Assembly (NCBI GenBank): GCA_963765495.1
Contig: CAVXWP010000003.1
Location: 224,001-288,000, forward strand
DNA: 64,000 nt
Reading direction: 5' to 3'
Origin: Blastocatellia bacterium
Lineage (GTDB): Bacteria > Acidobacteriota > Blastocatellia > UBA7656
Positions 19,524-29,349 of the stretch are shown here, piece after piece. The notes under the pieces were generated by a model that ran no database searches, was not told the origin of the DNA, and worked only from the letters and a program-made list of their open reading frames with translations. Position 1 is the stretch's first letter. The number at the start of each line of letters is the position of its first letter. The position numbers were made by a program, and so were the translations under genes.

Positions 19524-22505
19524 TTACGGTTTCAGCCGTCGCGGCTTTGACCTCTTTCCCAGATATCTGATCTGGTCTTCAATTATTAGTTGCATCCCGT
19601 CATTGATTTTAGCTGCGATTTCGAGGGCTTTTTTATAAGCGGCCAACGCCTCTTGCGTTTTATTCAGGCTGGCCAGAGCGTAGCCGATTGAGTAGTTCGT
19701 CCGCACCTGTTTCTTGAGATTACCCCCCTCCTCGTAAATAGCTAGTGCTGCACGAAGGGATGTCAGAGATTCATTCTTAAGATTCAGATAAAACTCGCTC
19801 TCACCAATATTCAGTAGCAACTCGGCTTGCTTGTCACGATCCCCCAGACCCTCGTGGATCGCAAGCGCTTGTTTGTAATATCCCAGCGCCTTCCGCGAGT
19901 ATTCTGCTTTTATAAGAGGGTTCTCCGGTTTCTCGTTTGGAAATACCCTTCCCAGTTCAAGGTAATATTTCCCAATCGCTTCAAGAGCCTGCGCTTCCTC
20001 TTTGCGTTTGCCCGTATCTCTATAAAGTTTAACTGCATGTTCAAACCGCTCGGTAGCCTTCGCATCGTTTTTCTGCGCTTGATAGCTCTTTCCAATCTGG
20101 ATCAACATCGCTACAAATGCATCCCGCTGTTTCTGAACCTGTGTTTGATCCTGAGCCTGTTGCTCGATCAGAGCTTCAAACAGGGGTATTGTTTGCTCGT
20201 AGTAGATTGTAGGATCGCTCTTAATCTTTTCCCCCGTACAATCGAGAGCCTCAAGACTTTCCTTCTTTGCTTTTGGTTCGCCCTCATTGCTAACTCTCAA
20301 CTCTCTCCCAATTAGATCACCGAGCTTAGATAGAATTGAAACTTGCCCTTCGAGGTTTCCGCTATTTCTGTAATCTCCCTGCGCCTCACAAAAATATTCC
20401 AGCGCTTTCTTGGTGCGCTCTTTAACAGGCTCCTTTTCTCCCTTTATAGGGTCCTTTTCTACTATTGGGTCTTCTCCCCATCCATCGTCATCTGAATCAT
20501 CGGGACCAAAAAGTTGCCGATTATCCTTGCTGAAGTAGACGCCAAGGTCGGCCAATGCGGCAGCCGAGCCGTTAAAAACACGTCGCCCCCGGTAATTGTC
20601 AATCGCTTTTTGGTAGTACTCCAAGCCTGATTTTTGTTGAGAATCTGCATCGCGTATCTCAATATCCTCCTTTGATGTATTTTTTTGATTGAGCAGCATC
20701 CTGCCGAGTTCGGTGTAGGTAAAAGCGACGCCGTCTTCATCGCCAACTCTTTCGTATCCTTTTATCGCTTTAAGAAAAGCTTGTTGCGCTTTTTCTATAT
20801 TGAATTCCTCAAGATATTTTGTGGCTTCGCGGTGCTGCCTGTCCGCCTCCCGTGTTCCGTAAGCATATAAAACAGCCAGGATTGCAAGCACCATAACTAT
20901 TGATAATGCCAGTAAAAATATGCGCAGCCGCTTGAGTTCGCGCTGGCGGGCGGCAGCCTTTTCTTCACGCTCCCTGTGCTCTCGCTCCACATCGTCTTTG
21001 CGCTTCCGTTCGCTTTTATCAAGGAACTCCATAGCGAGTGCGAATTCCGGGTGATACCGCCTCGCCCAGGCTTCATTGGGCTGGCGCTTCTTTCGCCAAT
21101 CCAGGGCGAGTTGTAGCGCCGGATCAACCCAGAGCGAGACCGCATATTTCTGATGACGAAGGGCATCACCGACCAGTCTCAAATACAGTTCTCTGGATTC
21201 GGCTTCGGCATCCACCCAGTTGCGCAGCGTCTCCCACTGGCGGATAAGGCTTTCGTGAGAGATGTCAACGAGCGAATCGCCCTTGAGCGGGTCTTCCGAT
21301 AACGTGAGAAAATCTCGATTATTGCAGCGAAAACGCTCGATAATCTCCAGAATCTTTTCGCGGCTTGCCCCGGTGAGAGCTTGCAGTTCGCTCAGGTGAG
21401 CGGGTCTGCGGACGCGGCGTCCGCTGGCATCGGTTTCGGTCAGGCCCTGAAACATGCGCTCTGTTGTAATCAAATCCTCCTTGCTCATGTCCTTCAATGC
21501 CTTATCGGCATCTTGAGAGAGAGCATCTTTGATCGTGCCAATCGCGTTATAATCGTTGAGGTCTATTGGCCCATTTTTCTCTTCTCGCCATTTTTCCCAT
21601 GTGCGCATCAAGGCGTGCTGCATGACAGGCAATTGATCCGACTCCTCGCCTACATCGTTGAGCACGCGATCCAGAAGACTGGACGCGATCTCTTCTCCAT
21701 ACAACCGGACAGGGCTTTCAATAACCTCTTGACGTTGCTGGCGCGTAAGCCTCGGCACAAGGTACTGACTGCGATTCATAGCTTCCGGCAACCCGTAGAA
21801 GGCATCGCAGTCCCCGAGAAAATCGGAACGCATCGTCATTACGACGTAAACCGGCAAAGCCTTCTGCTCAGTCAGGCCCAGCATGATCGAAACAAAATCG
21901 GCGGCCTCGTCGCGGCGCTTCTCTTTTTCATCGTCTCCAATGTTCGGCGCGTCTTTTCCAGCGTACAAACCGAACCGAAAAATCTCTTCGAATTGGTCAA
22001 TGAGCAAGAGGAAATTGGTATCTGATTGTCCCAGCCGTGGCGTCAAGTATTCAATGACAGCTTTCACGCCGGAAAGCCGTATTGCCTCAGACATCTCCCG
22101 TATGCGTTCATTTGTTGTCACTTCTGAGAAGGCTTGCAGCAGGGCCGCTACCAGATTTTGCAACGGCGAGTCGCCGGGCTTCATTATTGCTATGCCCCAC
22201 TTATCACGCCGCTCAACCAGAAACCCGGCCTTCAGCTTGGGGATCAGTCCTGCCCGAATCAGCGATGACTTACCCGATCCCGAACTCCCAACGACTGCCA
22301 GGAAGCGCGTTCGATGCAGTTGCTGTAACAGCTCGACAACCTGCCCGCGCCGCCCAAAAAATAGAAGCGCTTCCGTGCTCTGGAATGGTCGCAAACCGAC
22401 AAAAGGGTTTGCCGACAATCCAGTAGCATCAGAACGCTGTGCGCTCTCGCTATCGAGCGAAGTTATCTCGCTCGTGGCGTTCAAAGATATGGCCTTCATT
22501 TCCAT
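19524..22505 (-). CDS. nSTAND1-type NTPase with single TM helix and C-terminal TPRs
   Basis: NPFVGLRPF, LFFGR, Walker A GSSGSGKSSLIRAGL, Walker B LLIDQFEEIF, TMRSDF, LPVMQHAL, DISHESLIRQWETLRNWV. TM helix IFLLALSIVMVLAILAVLYAY. TPR-like ALGYYKQALAI repeats. Confidence 0.88.
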   Translation of the reverse strand: MEMKAISLNATSEITSLDSESAQRSDATGLSANPFVGLRPFQSTEALLFFGRRGQVVELLQQLHRTRFLAVVGSSGSGKSSLIRAGLIPKLKAGFLVERRDKWGIAIMKPGDSPLQNLVAALLQAFSEVTTNERIREMSEAIRLSGVKAVIEYLTPRLGQSDTNFLLLIDQFEEIFRFGLYAGKDAPNIGDDEKEKRRDEAADFVSIMLGLTEQKALPVYVVMTMRSDFLGDCDAFYGLPEAMNRSQYLVPRLTRQQRQEVIESPVRLYGEEIASSLLDRVLNDVGEESDQLPVMQHALMRTWEKWREEKNGPIDLNDYNAIGTIKDALSQDADKALKDMSKEDLITTERMFQGLTETDASGRRVRRPAHLSELQALTGASREKILEIIERFRCNNRDFLTLSEDPLKGDSLVDISHESLIRQWETLRNWVDAEAESRELYLRLVGDALRHQKYAVSLWVDPALQLALDWRKKRQPNEAWARRYHPEFALAMEFLDKSERKRKDDVEREHREREEKAAARQRELKRLRIFLLALSIVMVLAILAVLYAYGTREADRQHREATKYLEEFNIEKAQQAFLKAIKGYERVGDEDGVAFTYTELGRMLLNQKNTSKEDIEIRDADSQQKSGLEYYQKAIDNYRGRRVFNGSAAALADLGVYFSKDNRQLFGPDDSDDDGWGEDPIVEKDPIKGEKEPVKERTKKALEYFCEAQGDYRNSGNLEGQVSILSKLGDLIGRELRVSNEGEPKAKKESLEALDCTGEKIKSDPTIYYEQTIPLFEALIEQQAQDQTQVQKQRDAFVAMLIQIGKSYQAQKNDAKATERFEHAVKLYRDTGKRKEEAQALEAIGKYYLELGRVFPNEKPENPLIKAEYSRKALGYYKQALAIHEGLGDRDKQAELLLNIGESEFYLNLKNESLTSLRAALAIYEEGGNLKKQVRTNYSIGYALASLNKTQEALAAYKKALEIAAKINDGMQLIIEDQIRYLGKRSKPRRLKP

Positions 22506-22508
22506 TAG

Positions 22509-24011
22509 CTACCTTCCTACAAATGTATCCAGAAGATTCGCCAATATTTCTGGTTTATCGAAGAGAAATACAGGAACAGAGCCGGGAAAGACTCCCAGAC
22601 TAATCTGTCGAGCCTCTCCCTGACCGTCGATGGGTGCCAGATAAATCCCGCAGAACTTCAAGGAGCATCTGTCAGCTATGGCTATTTGCAGCGCAGATAT
22701 AAGTCGTTCGCGGACCCAATCGCCCGCGACCTGACCAAAAATAATGATCAGTATGCTCACCCGTTTTAGCATTTCTTGAAAAAGCGCGATGTTCTTCTGC
22801 GGGTCATCCTCTTCGGGGCTGATGAAAGGCATCACTTTTCGTTTGAGGAGAAATTTGCCCAGATCGAGGGCATAGAGTTGATCTTTCAGATGAGTGTCCA
22901 CCAAAGCGGCGGAAGGGGGAGTCTCTGTTCTTTTCTTTTCTGCCTGTATGCGGTTGACTTCTGCCAGAATTTCGCGCGCAATCGAGCCGGAAGACTCTCG
23001 AATAAATCTGTAAGTGGATTGATCCCTGTCTCCGTTTTCCAATTGAGCCAGAAAATTCCTTTGGCCTTCATCTTCAATCGTCTGAATATCGAGCGTCTTG
23101 GGTATCCAGATCAATTGCGACCTGGCATGCTGTTTCCCTATTTCAACCTGCTTCTGGTAATAAGTTTTATCCGGCTCGTCTTGCACTTCCGTACCCGATG
23201 CGCCGTCAAGCAGATGGACGGACAAACCCGCCCTGCTGATTTCATCTATAACCACTTTTTCGTGCTGTAGGGCTGGATAAGGCGGAGGCAAATCGGTAAC
23301 GACCTGTAAGCCGTTTTGACGCAATTCCTCAACTACGCGTCTCCTGGTGCCGCGCAAATCCCCTTCTGCATGCGCCAGAAATATCGAAAACGGATTATCT
23401 TCGGGCGTTATCCTATTCGGATCAGGCACAGGCGGCTTCGGTTCAACAATCTTTTTTAGAGCCTCCAAGGTCGCCTGAATCTCGTCAACCAGTTGTCGAA
23501 GCTGGCGCTCAAAAAGCTCGCCGTCCTGATGCGAAGGGAGCCCGACTTGATCCTTTCTCTGAGCATCATGAAATGGCAGCCCGCTAGTTCCAGCCATCTC
23601 GACAGGCCAATCATCAGGTAGAATGTTATAAAGTAGGATGTTGAACAATCGCGAGCGGGCATCGATCTTCAAGCCAAAAGCATCGGCCCGCGCCTTGTTG
23701 TGGAAACTCTTCAGCTCTTTTAGACAATAGCTTTCCGGGTTAAAGTACCCTCTGGAAGTAAGAGCCAGGAAAAGACCCGACTTATTAATGCCTGTTTCAA
23801 TAGCTTCGTCGAAAAAAGTGCTTCCGCCTATCTCCCGTGTATCACGCCAAATCTTGACGACACCTACTCTGCCGAAGCGCTTCGAAAGTTCGATTTCGAG
23901 GTATTCATGAAATAGAGTGATCCAGCCTTTGTCCTTACCCGGAGGCTTTTGATCATCTACGCGGGCATAGCTGATAAATATGTCATACTCGAACGAGGAT
24001 AAATATGCCAT
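22509..24011 (-). CDS. TIR-domain protein (TIR_2) followed by two further TIR/DUF4062-like Rossmannoid domains
   Basis: YDIFISYA...KIWRD...SRGYF..SYCLKEL with conserved Glu. Second unit SIFLAHA...LRQNG...LSVHLLD. Third unit ALVDTHLKD...ILIIIFGQVAGDWVRERL. Ends 3 bp from the STAND gene start. Confidence 0.82.
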   Translation of the reverse strand: MAYLSSFEYDIFISYARVDDQKPPGKDKGWITLFHEYLEIELSKRFGRVGVVKIWRDTREIGGSTFFDEAIETGINKSGLFLALTSRGYFNPESYCLKELKSFHNKARADAFGLKIDARSRLFNILLYNILPDDWPVEMAGTSGLPFHDAQRKDQVGLPSHQDGELFERQLRQLVDEIQATLEALKKIVEPKPPVPDPNRITPEDNPFSIFLAHAEGDLRGTRRRVVEELRQNGLQVVTDLPPPYPALQHEKVVIDEISRAGLSVHLLDGASGTEVQDEPDKTYYQKQVEIGKQHARSQLIWIPKTLDIQTIEDEGQRNFLAQLENGDRDQSTYRFIRESSGSIAREILAEVNRIQAEKKRTETPPSAALVDTHLKDQLYALDLGKFLLKRKVMPFISPEEDDPQKNIALFQEMLKRVSILIIIFGQVAGDWVRERLISALQIAIADRCSLKFCGIYLAPIDGQGEARQISLGVFPGSVPVFLFDKPEILANLLDTFVGR

Positions 24012-24655
24012 AACTTTGCTCCTGAATCTCTACACCACTCCTTCATTATCTAGTGAGTTTTTTCCCAGACTATTTCGGAATCGTGTAATCTATCGCCTCG
24101 GTATCGAATCAGGAATCAGATAGGCTTCCCCGCTTATGAGCGCTGAAAGTAAGTCTATCTTTGAATCACTGAAAGTAATGGTAGCAATCTGGTCAATTCT
24201 GCTTATCTGAGAATTCGAGTGCGCTTTCTGTAGAGATCATTTTACCCTGTTTCGAAGGCTTGCCTGTTTATCAAGCGTGTAGAAGTTTGAGCCAGGAACA
24301 GCCCCGCCTAACATTCTGCCGCCCGATGGACGTTGTCGCTTCCCTGACAACGGTAATAATTGTCTTTCATCTTAATCGAACTCTTGTTTAATCCTAGCAG
24401 GCACTAAAACTCTCAATTAGTTCCAACGGATATTTGTAGTCATACTGCAAACGTCGGAGATTGAGTATAGAAACAGAAAAGGACCACCTGTAAACAGGGT
24501 TCTTTATATCACAAAATCAGAATGTAATCCATTGAAATTGATGCGGTTTCGTGGCGGGTGTGAACCTCGATTAGAGAAGAGGCCGCGAGATCTGAGTTAC
24601 ACCTGTTTTGAGCTTAGAAAAGAATGATCGAAACTCGTTAGAGCCAGGGTTTTCT

Positions 24656-26068
24656 TCAAAAGCTTTCCGAACCCTTCGGGCCTGAAGACTGATCGCGCAA
24701 AACGGCGAGATCACGGATGGCGGCGCATATTTGTGCCGCGACCGTCGCCTCGTCTTCGTCTATGTTGGCAAAGAGTCTGAGCACATCCGGCCAGTCCGGC
24801 CTCCGGTAGAAACGAAACATCGCCTCCGGATCGAAATTGAGATCGTTGTCAATCGGACAGATCAACCCGCGCGAGACAAACTCGTGGAGGTCGGGGGAAC
24901 CATAATCCATGTCCGATACATAACCGCTCGGACGCCCCGCAGTCACTGCCTCGACAAGCACGCTAGAGTTGCCTGCGAGGACGATATCCGACCTCTTTAT
25001 GTCCTGAAATACCGTACCGCCGGGGCTCAGGCGCAATCGGGTCTTGCCGCGCGACGAGACCCATTCCTCGGCCCCTTTCCAGAGGTTCTTCGGATGCAGA
25101 CGCACAAGGATGCGCGATACACGCGAGTCGCCGAGGATACGCTCGACGATCAGGCGCATGCGTTTTTCGTTTACGTCTTTGCAAAGGAATATCCCGACAG
25201 TCAGACGCTCAGGGAGCGGCCCCGCAGGCATCGGCTGATAATGCTGCTTCCTGCCGTGGATGAGAACACGATCTATCCGGCAGCCCCCGTCGAGGTATGT
25301 CTGTCGCGCGGCTTCGCAATGCACCACCGCAAGATCGTAGGAGAGCCGCGCAACGGGCCGCACAGGCATGCCGTGCGTAATGAGAGCGACCGGAACGCCG
25401 CACTTTCGAGCCGCCAGGTTGAAGGCGATGCCGTGCGGATTGCTGTGGTTCGATGTCACCGCAAGGCAGTAGCGCCCGCTATGGAAGATGCCAAGATAAC
25501 GCGAGTAATAGCAGATGAGTTCGACTACGCGGAGAACTTTGAAAAACTCGTAACGATGATGTAACCTGCGCGCGAGCCTGAGAACGCGTTGCCAGTCTGA
25601 ACCGAGGTTGCGGGCAAGCGCAAGAAATGCCGAGGCGTCGGGCCACCCGCGAAATTTCAACTCGCTCCAAAACAGTTCCGGCAGCAGCGGCGGCAGCGTC
25701 TCGACTGCCCGGCGCTCGTTGCCGAGCCGGGCGATCCACACAGCGCCGCCCCGACGATTACCGCCACCTATTTCGAGAAATCTCATCACTCCGTCGAGGA
25801 GAGCGATCACGGCAGGAGCCGAGGTTTCACGCTCTCGTTCGACCCATTCGGCCCCGGCCTGCAAATAGCGGTCTTGCGAAATGATAAAGCGCGCGATCCC
25901 CTCAACTGCCTCGGCCCCGTCGCATTCGAGCAGGCTCCTGATGCCGCGACAAAGCAGCCAGTCGCGCGCGCTGTTCGCAGCCGTGTCGCCTGCTGTTCGC
26001 GTGTGCCCCGCAGGGTTTTTTGAATCGCTTTCTCTATGAGCTTTCTCGTCTCTCATCCGTTCGCACAT
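24656..26068 (-). CDS. Putative GT-B-fold surface-polysaccharide transferase
   Basis: ITHG, LVRLHP and SDIVLAGNSSVLVEAVTAGRP motifs resemble capsule/ulosonic-acid transferases. TAATG overlap with the upstream gene. Confidence 0.5.
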   Translation of the reverse strand: MCERMRDEKAHRESDSKNPAGHTRTAGDTAANSARDWLLCRGIRSLLECDGAEAVEGIARFIISQDRYLQAGAEWVERERETSAPAVIALLDGVMRFLEIGGGNRRGGAVWIARLGNERRAVETLPPLLPELFWSELKFRGWPDASAFLALARNLGSDWQRVLRLARRLHHRYEFFKVLRVVELICYYSRYLGIFHSGRYCLAVTSNHSNPHGIAFNLAARKCGVPVALITHGMPVRPVARLSYDLAVVHCEAARQTYLDGGCRIDRVLIHGRKQHYQPMPAGPLPERLTVGIFLCKDVNEKRMRLIVERILGDSRVSRILVRLHPKNLWKGAEEWVSSRGKTRLRLSPGGTVFQDIKRSDIVLAGNSSVLVEAVTAGRPSGYVSDMDYGSPDLHEFVSRGLICPIDNDLNFDPEAMFRFYRRPDWPDVLRLFANIDEDEATVAAQICAAIRDLAVLRDQSSGPKGSESF

Positions 26069-27009
26069 TACTCCGTTTCTCGAAGTCCCTTGAGGAGATT
26101 GGCAATCGTGGATTCGTGGACTCGCCTCCGGCAGGCGAGATCGCTGTTAGCATTGTGCGGCGCGAGCAAACAATTCTCCATACCTCGGAGCGGGCTGTCG
26201 GCGGGCAGTGGTTCGACCTCAAAAACATCAAGCGCAGCCCCGGCAATCCGACCCTCGTTTAACGCACAGACAAGCGAGGGCTCGTCAACTACGGAACCCC
26301 GCGCAGTGTTGATTAGGTAAGCCGAAGACCGCATCCTGTTCAGTTCGTCAGTGCCTATCAGATGATAGGAGGTGGGGTTGAGATCACAGTGCAGCGAGAC
26401 GAAATCGGACTCTTCAAGCAATACGGTTAGCGGCACGATACGAAGGTCGGTTTCTGCCAAAAACGACGCGGGCACCGGCACTGGATCGGTGCCGAGCACT
26501 CTCATCCCAAACGCCCGCGCGCGGCGCACCACAGCCTTGCCTATGTGTCCGACCCCTACAACACCGAGCGTGCGCTGTTTGAGCGAGAAGGCGTCGGGCT
26601 TTATCCATAAACCATTGCGGACATCCCTGTCCATCGACGGAAGCCTGCGTGCAAAGCAGAGGACATAGCCGAGCACGGTGTCGGCTACAGGATCGGTAAA
26701 GGCATTGGGCGTGTTGAATACCCGTATGCCAAGCTCTTCGGCCGCGCGGACATCAATGGAGTCAATCCCTGTGCCCCATTTCGAGATCACTTTGAGGTGG
26801 GATGCCGCGCGCAGGACGCGCTTTGAAAACTGGTCGTCGCCGCAGATCGCGCCGTCGAGCGCCCCGACTACGGCCAGGAGTTCCTCCTCGCTCATCCGTT
26901 CGCGCACCTGCGCACGGATGATCTCTACGCCTGTGGCCTCAAGAAGAGGGCGGAACTCTTCGAGGTCAGAAAGCAGATACGGCGCGCTGACGAGGACCCG
27001 CCATTTCAT
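26068..27009 (-). CDS. D-isomer-specific 2-hydroxyacid dehydrogenase (phosphoglycerate dehydrogenase family)
   Basis: GTGIDSID, GVVGVGHIG, SDFVSLHC, LINTARG, GAALDVFEVEPL, LAPHNA. Confidence 0.92.
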   Translation of the reverse strand: MKWRVLVSAPYLLSDLEEFRPLLEATGVEIIRAQVRERMSEEELLAVVGALDGAICGDDQFSKRVLRAASHLKVISKWGTGIDSIDVRAAEELGIRVFNTPNAFTDPVADTVLGYVLCFARRLPSMDRDVRNGLWIKPDAFSLKQRTLGVVGVGHIGKAVVRRARAFGMRVLGTDPVPVPASFLAETDLRIVPLTVLLEESDFVSLHCDLNPTSYHLIGTDELNRMRSSAYLINTARGSVVDEPSLVCALNEGRIAGAALDVFEVEPLPADSPLRGMENCLLAPHNANSDLACRRRVHESTIANLLKGLRETE

Positions 27010-27773
27010 AAGCGCGCCTCCCGGTACTTTAGCAGGAGCGGGTCGTCCTTCATCAGGGATTCGACCAGGCGCAGGTCGTCCGGAGTATCCACAGCATGAG
27101 TGTCGGTCTCGGTCTCTACAAGCCGCACGCGAAAGCCGTGCTCTACGACGCGGAGCATGTCTACTGACTCTGCCCGTTCGAGAGGCGTCTGCGGGAGACG
27201 CGCAAACTCGCGAAGGAAGTCACGCCGGAAGGGAATCACGCACACCTGCTTGAATACCGGCGGGCATTCGGCGCTTGCGAAGTCAATCGCAGGAATGGGG
27301 GACCGCGAGAAGTAGAGGGCGTCCCCCCGGAGATTCATCACGACCTTGATAGTATTGCGGTCGGTATACTCCTGGTGATTAACGATCCGTCGCGCCAGAT
27401 TCACACACTCTACGGACGGGTCGCGCAACATGGGGCTCACCCCGGCTTCGATCATGTCAGGGGTAATCATAGGTTCATCTCCCTGGATCATCACTACGAC
27501 ATCAGCCTCAAGGCGCTCGGCAGCCTCGGCGGCACGGTCGCTTGCACGTTCGTGCAAATCCGATGTCATGATGACTTTGCCGCCGAACCCTTCGACGAGC
27601 GTTCGGATTTCCTCATCGCACGTAGCGACATAAACCGCGTCGAGTCGGTCAAACATCGCGGCGCGGTAAACGACGTGTTCGATCATTGGTCGCCCGGCAA
27701 TGCGGGCTAGGGGTTTGCCCGGAAAACGAGACGACCTCATCCGCGCCGGGATCACAGCGACTATTCTGGTCAT
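27006..27773 (-). CDS. kdsB: 3-deoxy-manno-octulosonate cytidylyltransferase-like protein
   Basis: VIPARMRSSRFPGKPLA, IQGDEP, ALYFSRSPIP, LERAESVDMLR, AVDTPDDL. Confidence 0.8.
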   Translation of the reverse strand: MTRIVAVIPARMRSSRFPGKPLARIAGRPMIEHVVYRAAMFDRLDAVYVATCDEEIRTLVEGFGGKVIMTSDLHERASDRAAEAAERLEADVVVMIQGDEPMITPDMIEAGVSPMLRDPSVECVNLARRIVNHQEYTDRNTIKVVMNLRGDALYFSRSPIPAIDFASAECPPVFKQVCVIPFRRDFLREFARLPQTPLERAESVDMLRVVEHGFRVRLVETETDTHAVDTPDDLRLVESLMKDDPLLLKYREARL

Positions 27774-27814
27774 GTCCCTCCTCATCTTCCCGAATCGGTG
27801 AAGAGCAAGAAAAC

Positions 27815-27884
27815 TTAGACAGGATTCAAGAAGATTAAAAAAGAATCTTGTTTAATCCAATCTAATCCTGTTAATCCCGTCTAA
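27815..27884. repeat. Intergenic palindromic element built from (A)CAGGATT / AATCCTG(T) units
   Basis: ttagacaggatt (27815-27826) is the inverted complement of aatcccgtctaa (27873-27884) with one mismatch; internal degenerate copies. Confidence 0.75.
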
Positions 27885-27935
27885 AAAATTCAACCCTTCA
27901 CATACACTTTCATCTGTACCAGTCTCTTGCGGTAT

Positions 27936-27954
27936 GATTTAGAGTCACTAAATC
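27936..27954. promoter_or_regulatory. Possible operator palindrome GATTTAG-N5-CTAAATC overlapping a -10-like TATGAT upstream of the DinB gene
   Basis: Perfect 7-bp inverted repeat 12 bp upstream of the ATG at 27967. Confidence 0.35.
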
Positions 27955-27966
27955 GAGGTTGAAATC

Positions 27967-28503
27967 ATGAAGAAGACAGAGATCAATCCAATCCCGCCGA
28001 ATTTTGAAAAGTATATCAATCTTGTCGCCGATGTTGAGTTGGAGCAAGCTTTTGATGAAAGTCTCCGGCAGTTGGATGAAATTGATCGGAGCCTGCTTAA
28101 CAGCTTGCAAGACAAAACCTGCGCGCCCGACAAGTGGACAATCAAAGAGACGCTGCTGCATCTGGCCGACTCCGACAGAATTATGTCTTATCAAGCCCTG
28201 ATGCTGGCGCGGCGGGACGACACTGTTTTGCCGGGTTATAATCAGGTACTGCACGTGCAAACGGGCAAGGCCGAAAGCCGGGCGATTGATGACTTGATCG
28301 AGGAGATAAGAGTCGCTCGTAAGGCTACGAAATCTATGTTCAGCGCATTTGACGACGAGATGCTTCTCAGCAAAGCGATCAGATGGAAGTATGAAATTTC
28401 GGCTCTGGCTATGGGCTTCACTATTATCGGTCATCAGATCCATCATCTGAAGATCATCGAGGATGAGTACTATCCGCTGCTTGGAAACGGCAAAAATTTA
28501 TGA
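27967..28503 (+). CDS. DinB family protein
   Basis: APDKWTIKETLLHLADSDRI, LPGYNQ, IIGHQIHHLKII. Confidence 0.85.
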   Translation: MKKTEINPIPPNFEKYINLVADVELEQAFDESLRQLDEIDRSLLNSLQDKTCAPDKWTIKETLLHLADSDRIMSYQALMLARRDDTVLPGYNQVLHVQTGKAESRAIDDLIEEIRVARKATKSMFSAFDDEMLLSKAIRWKYEISALAMGFTIIGHQIHHLKIIEDEYYPLLGNGKNL

Positions 28504-29162
28504 GCAAAGTTCTGCAACCCACGAATAAAACGAAACTCCGCCGACTTCCCAAACGAGGACATTACGAGCGGGAAATCATTTATGAGATTCTCGACGAAGC
28601 TTTTATCTGCCACGTCGGGTTCATCGTCAACGAGCAGCCGTTTGTCATTCCGACAGGGTTTGCCCGCAACGGCGACCGCCTGCTGATTCACGGCTCGGCG
28701 GCAAGCCGGATGATGCGTTCGCTGGCAGCGGAAATCGACGTATGTGTTACCGTCACCTTGATAGACGGAATCGTGCTGGCGCGTTCGGCCTTTCATCATT
28801 CGATGAATTACCGTTCGGTCGTAATCTTTGGCAAGGCGAAAATCATCGCCGATCCAGCGGAAAAAATAGAAGCCTTGAAAGCCCTGACCGAACATATCGT
28901 TCCACACCGCTGGGAGGATGTGCGCCCGCCGAGCGCGCAAGAACTCAAGATGACAACCGTTTTATCGCTGGCGTTGGACGAAGCCTCGGCAAAAATCCGC
29001 ACGGGCGATCCGGTTGACGACGAAGAGGATTATGCGTTGAATGTCTGGGCCGGAGTGTTGCCGATAGGATTGAGAGTCGGAGAACCGACTCCCGACGCCA
29101 GACAAAAAGAAGGAATTTCGATCCCTTCTTATATTTCCGCTTACAAACGAAACCGAGACTGA
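28500..29162 (+). CDS. Pyridoxamine 5'-phosphate oxidase-like flavin-binding protein
   Basis: ILDEAFICHVGF, PFVIPT, IHGSAASR, LARSAFHHSMNYRSVVIFG, ASAKIRTG, WAGVLP. Confidence 0.9.
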   Translation: MSKVLQPTNKTKLRRLPKRGHYEREIIYEILDEAFICHVGFIVNEQPFVIPTGFARNGDRLLIHGSAASRMMRSLAAEIDVCVTVTLIDGIVLARSAFHHSMNYRSVVIFGKAKIIADPAEKIEALKALTEHIVPHRWEDVRPPSAQELKMTTVLSLALDEASAKIRTGDPVDDEEDYALNVWAGVLPIGLRVGEPTPDARQKEGISIPSYISAYKRNRD

Positions 29163-29349
29163 ATCTATAAGCATTTCCAAAAGACTGGCAGATCAATTTA
29201 TACTCGCGGAGGTGTGACGCATCCACCGTTTGCCTGATAAAGAGATTTTTTTACTCCGACTCGGAGAATATCGCGGGCATTGAGTGGCGTCAGAAGAAGA
29301 CTTCTTCGTATATTTACCATTGGCGCATCTTAGGCAATGTGGAGGGAAA

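Noticed and set aside
24012-24655. Possible attC site (GCCTAAC at ~24306) or gene remnant upstream of the TIR gene
   Set aside because: No matching GTTRRRY end or attC-like pairing seen, no integrase, and no ORF with a start codon.
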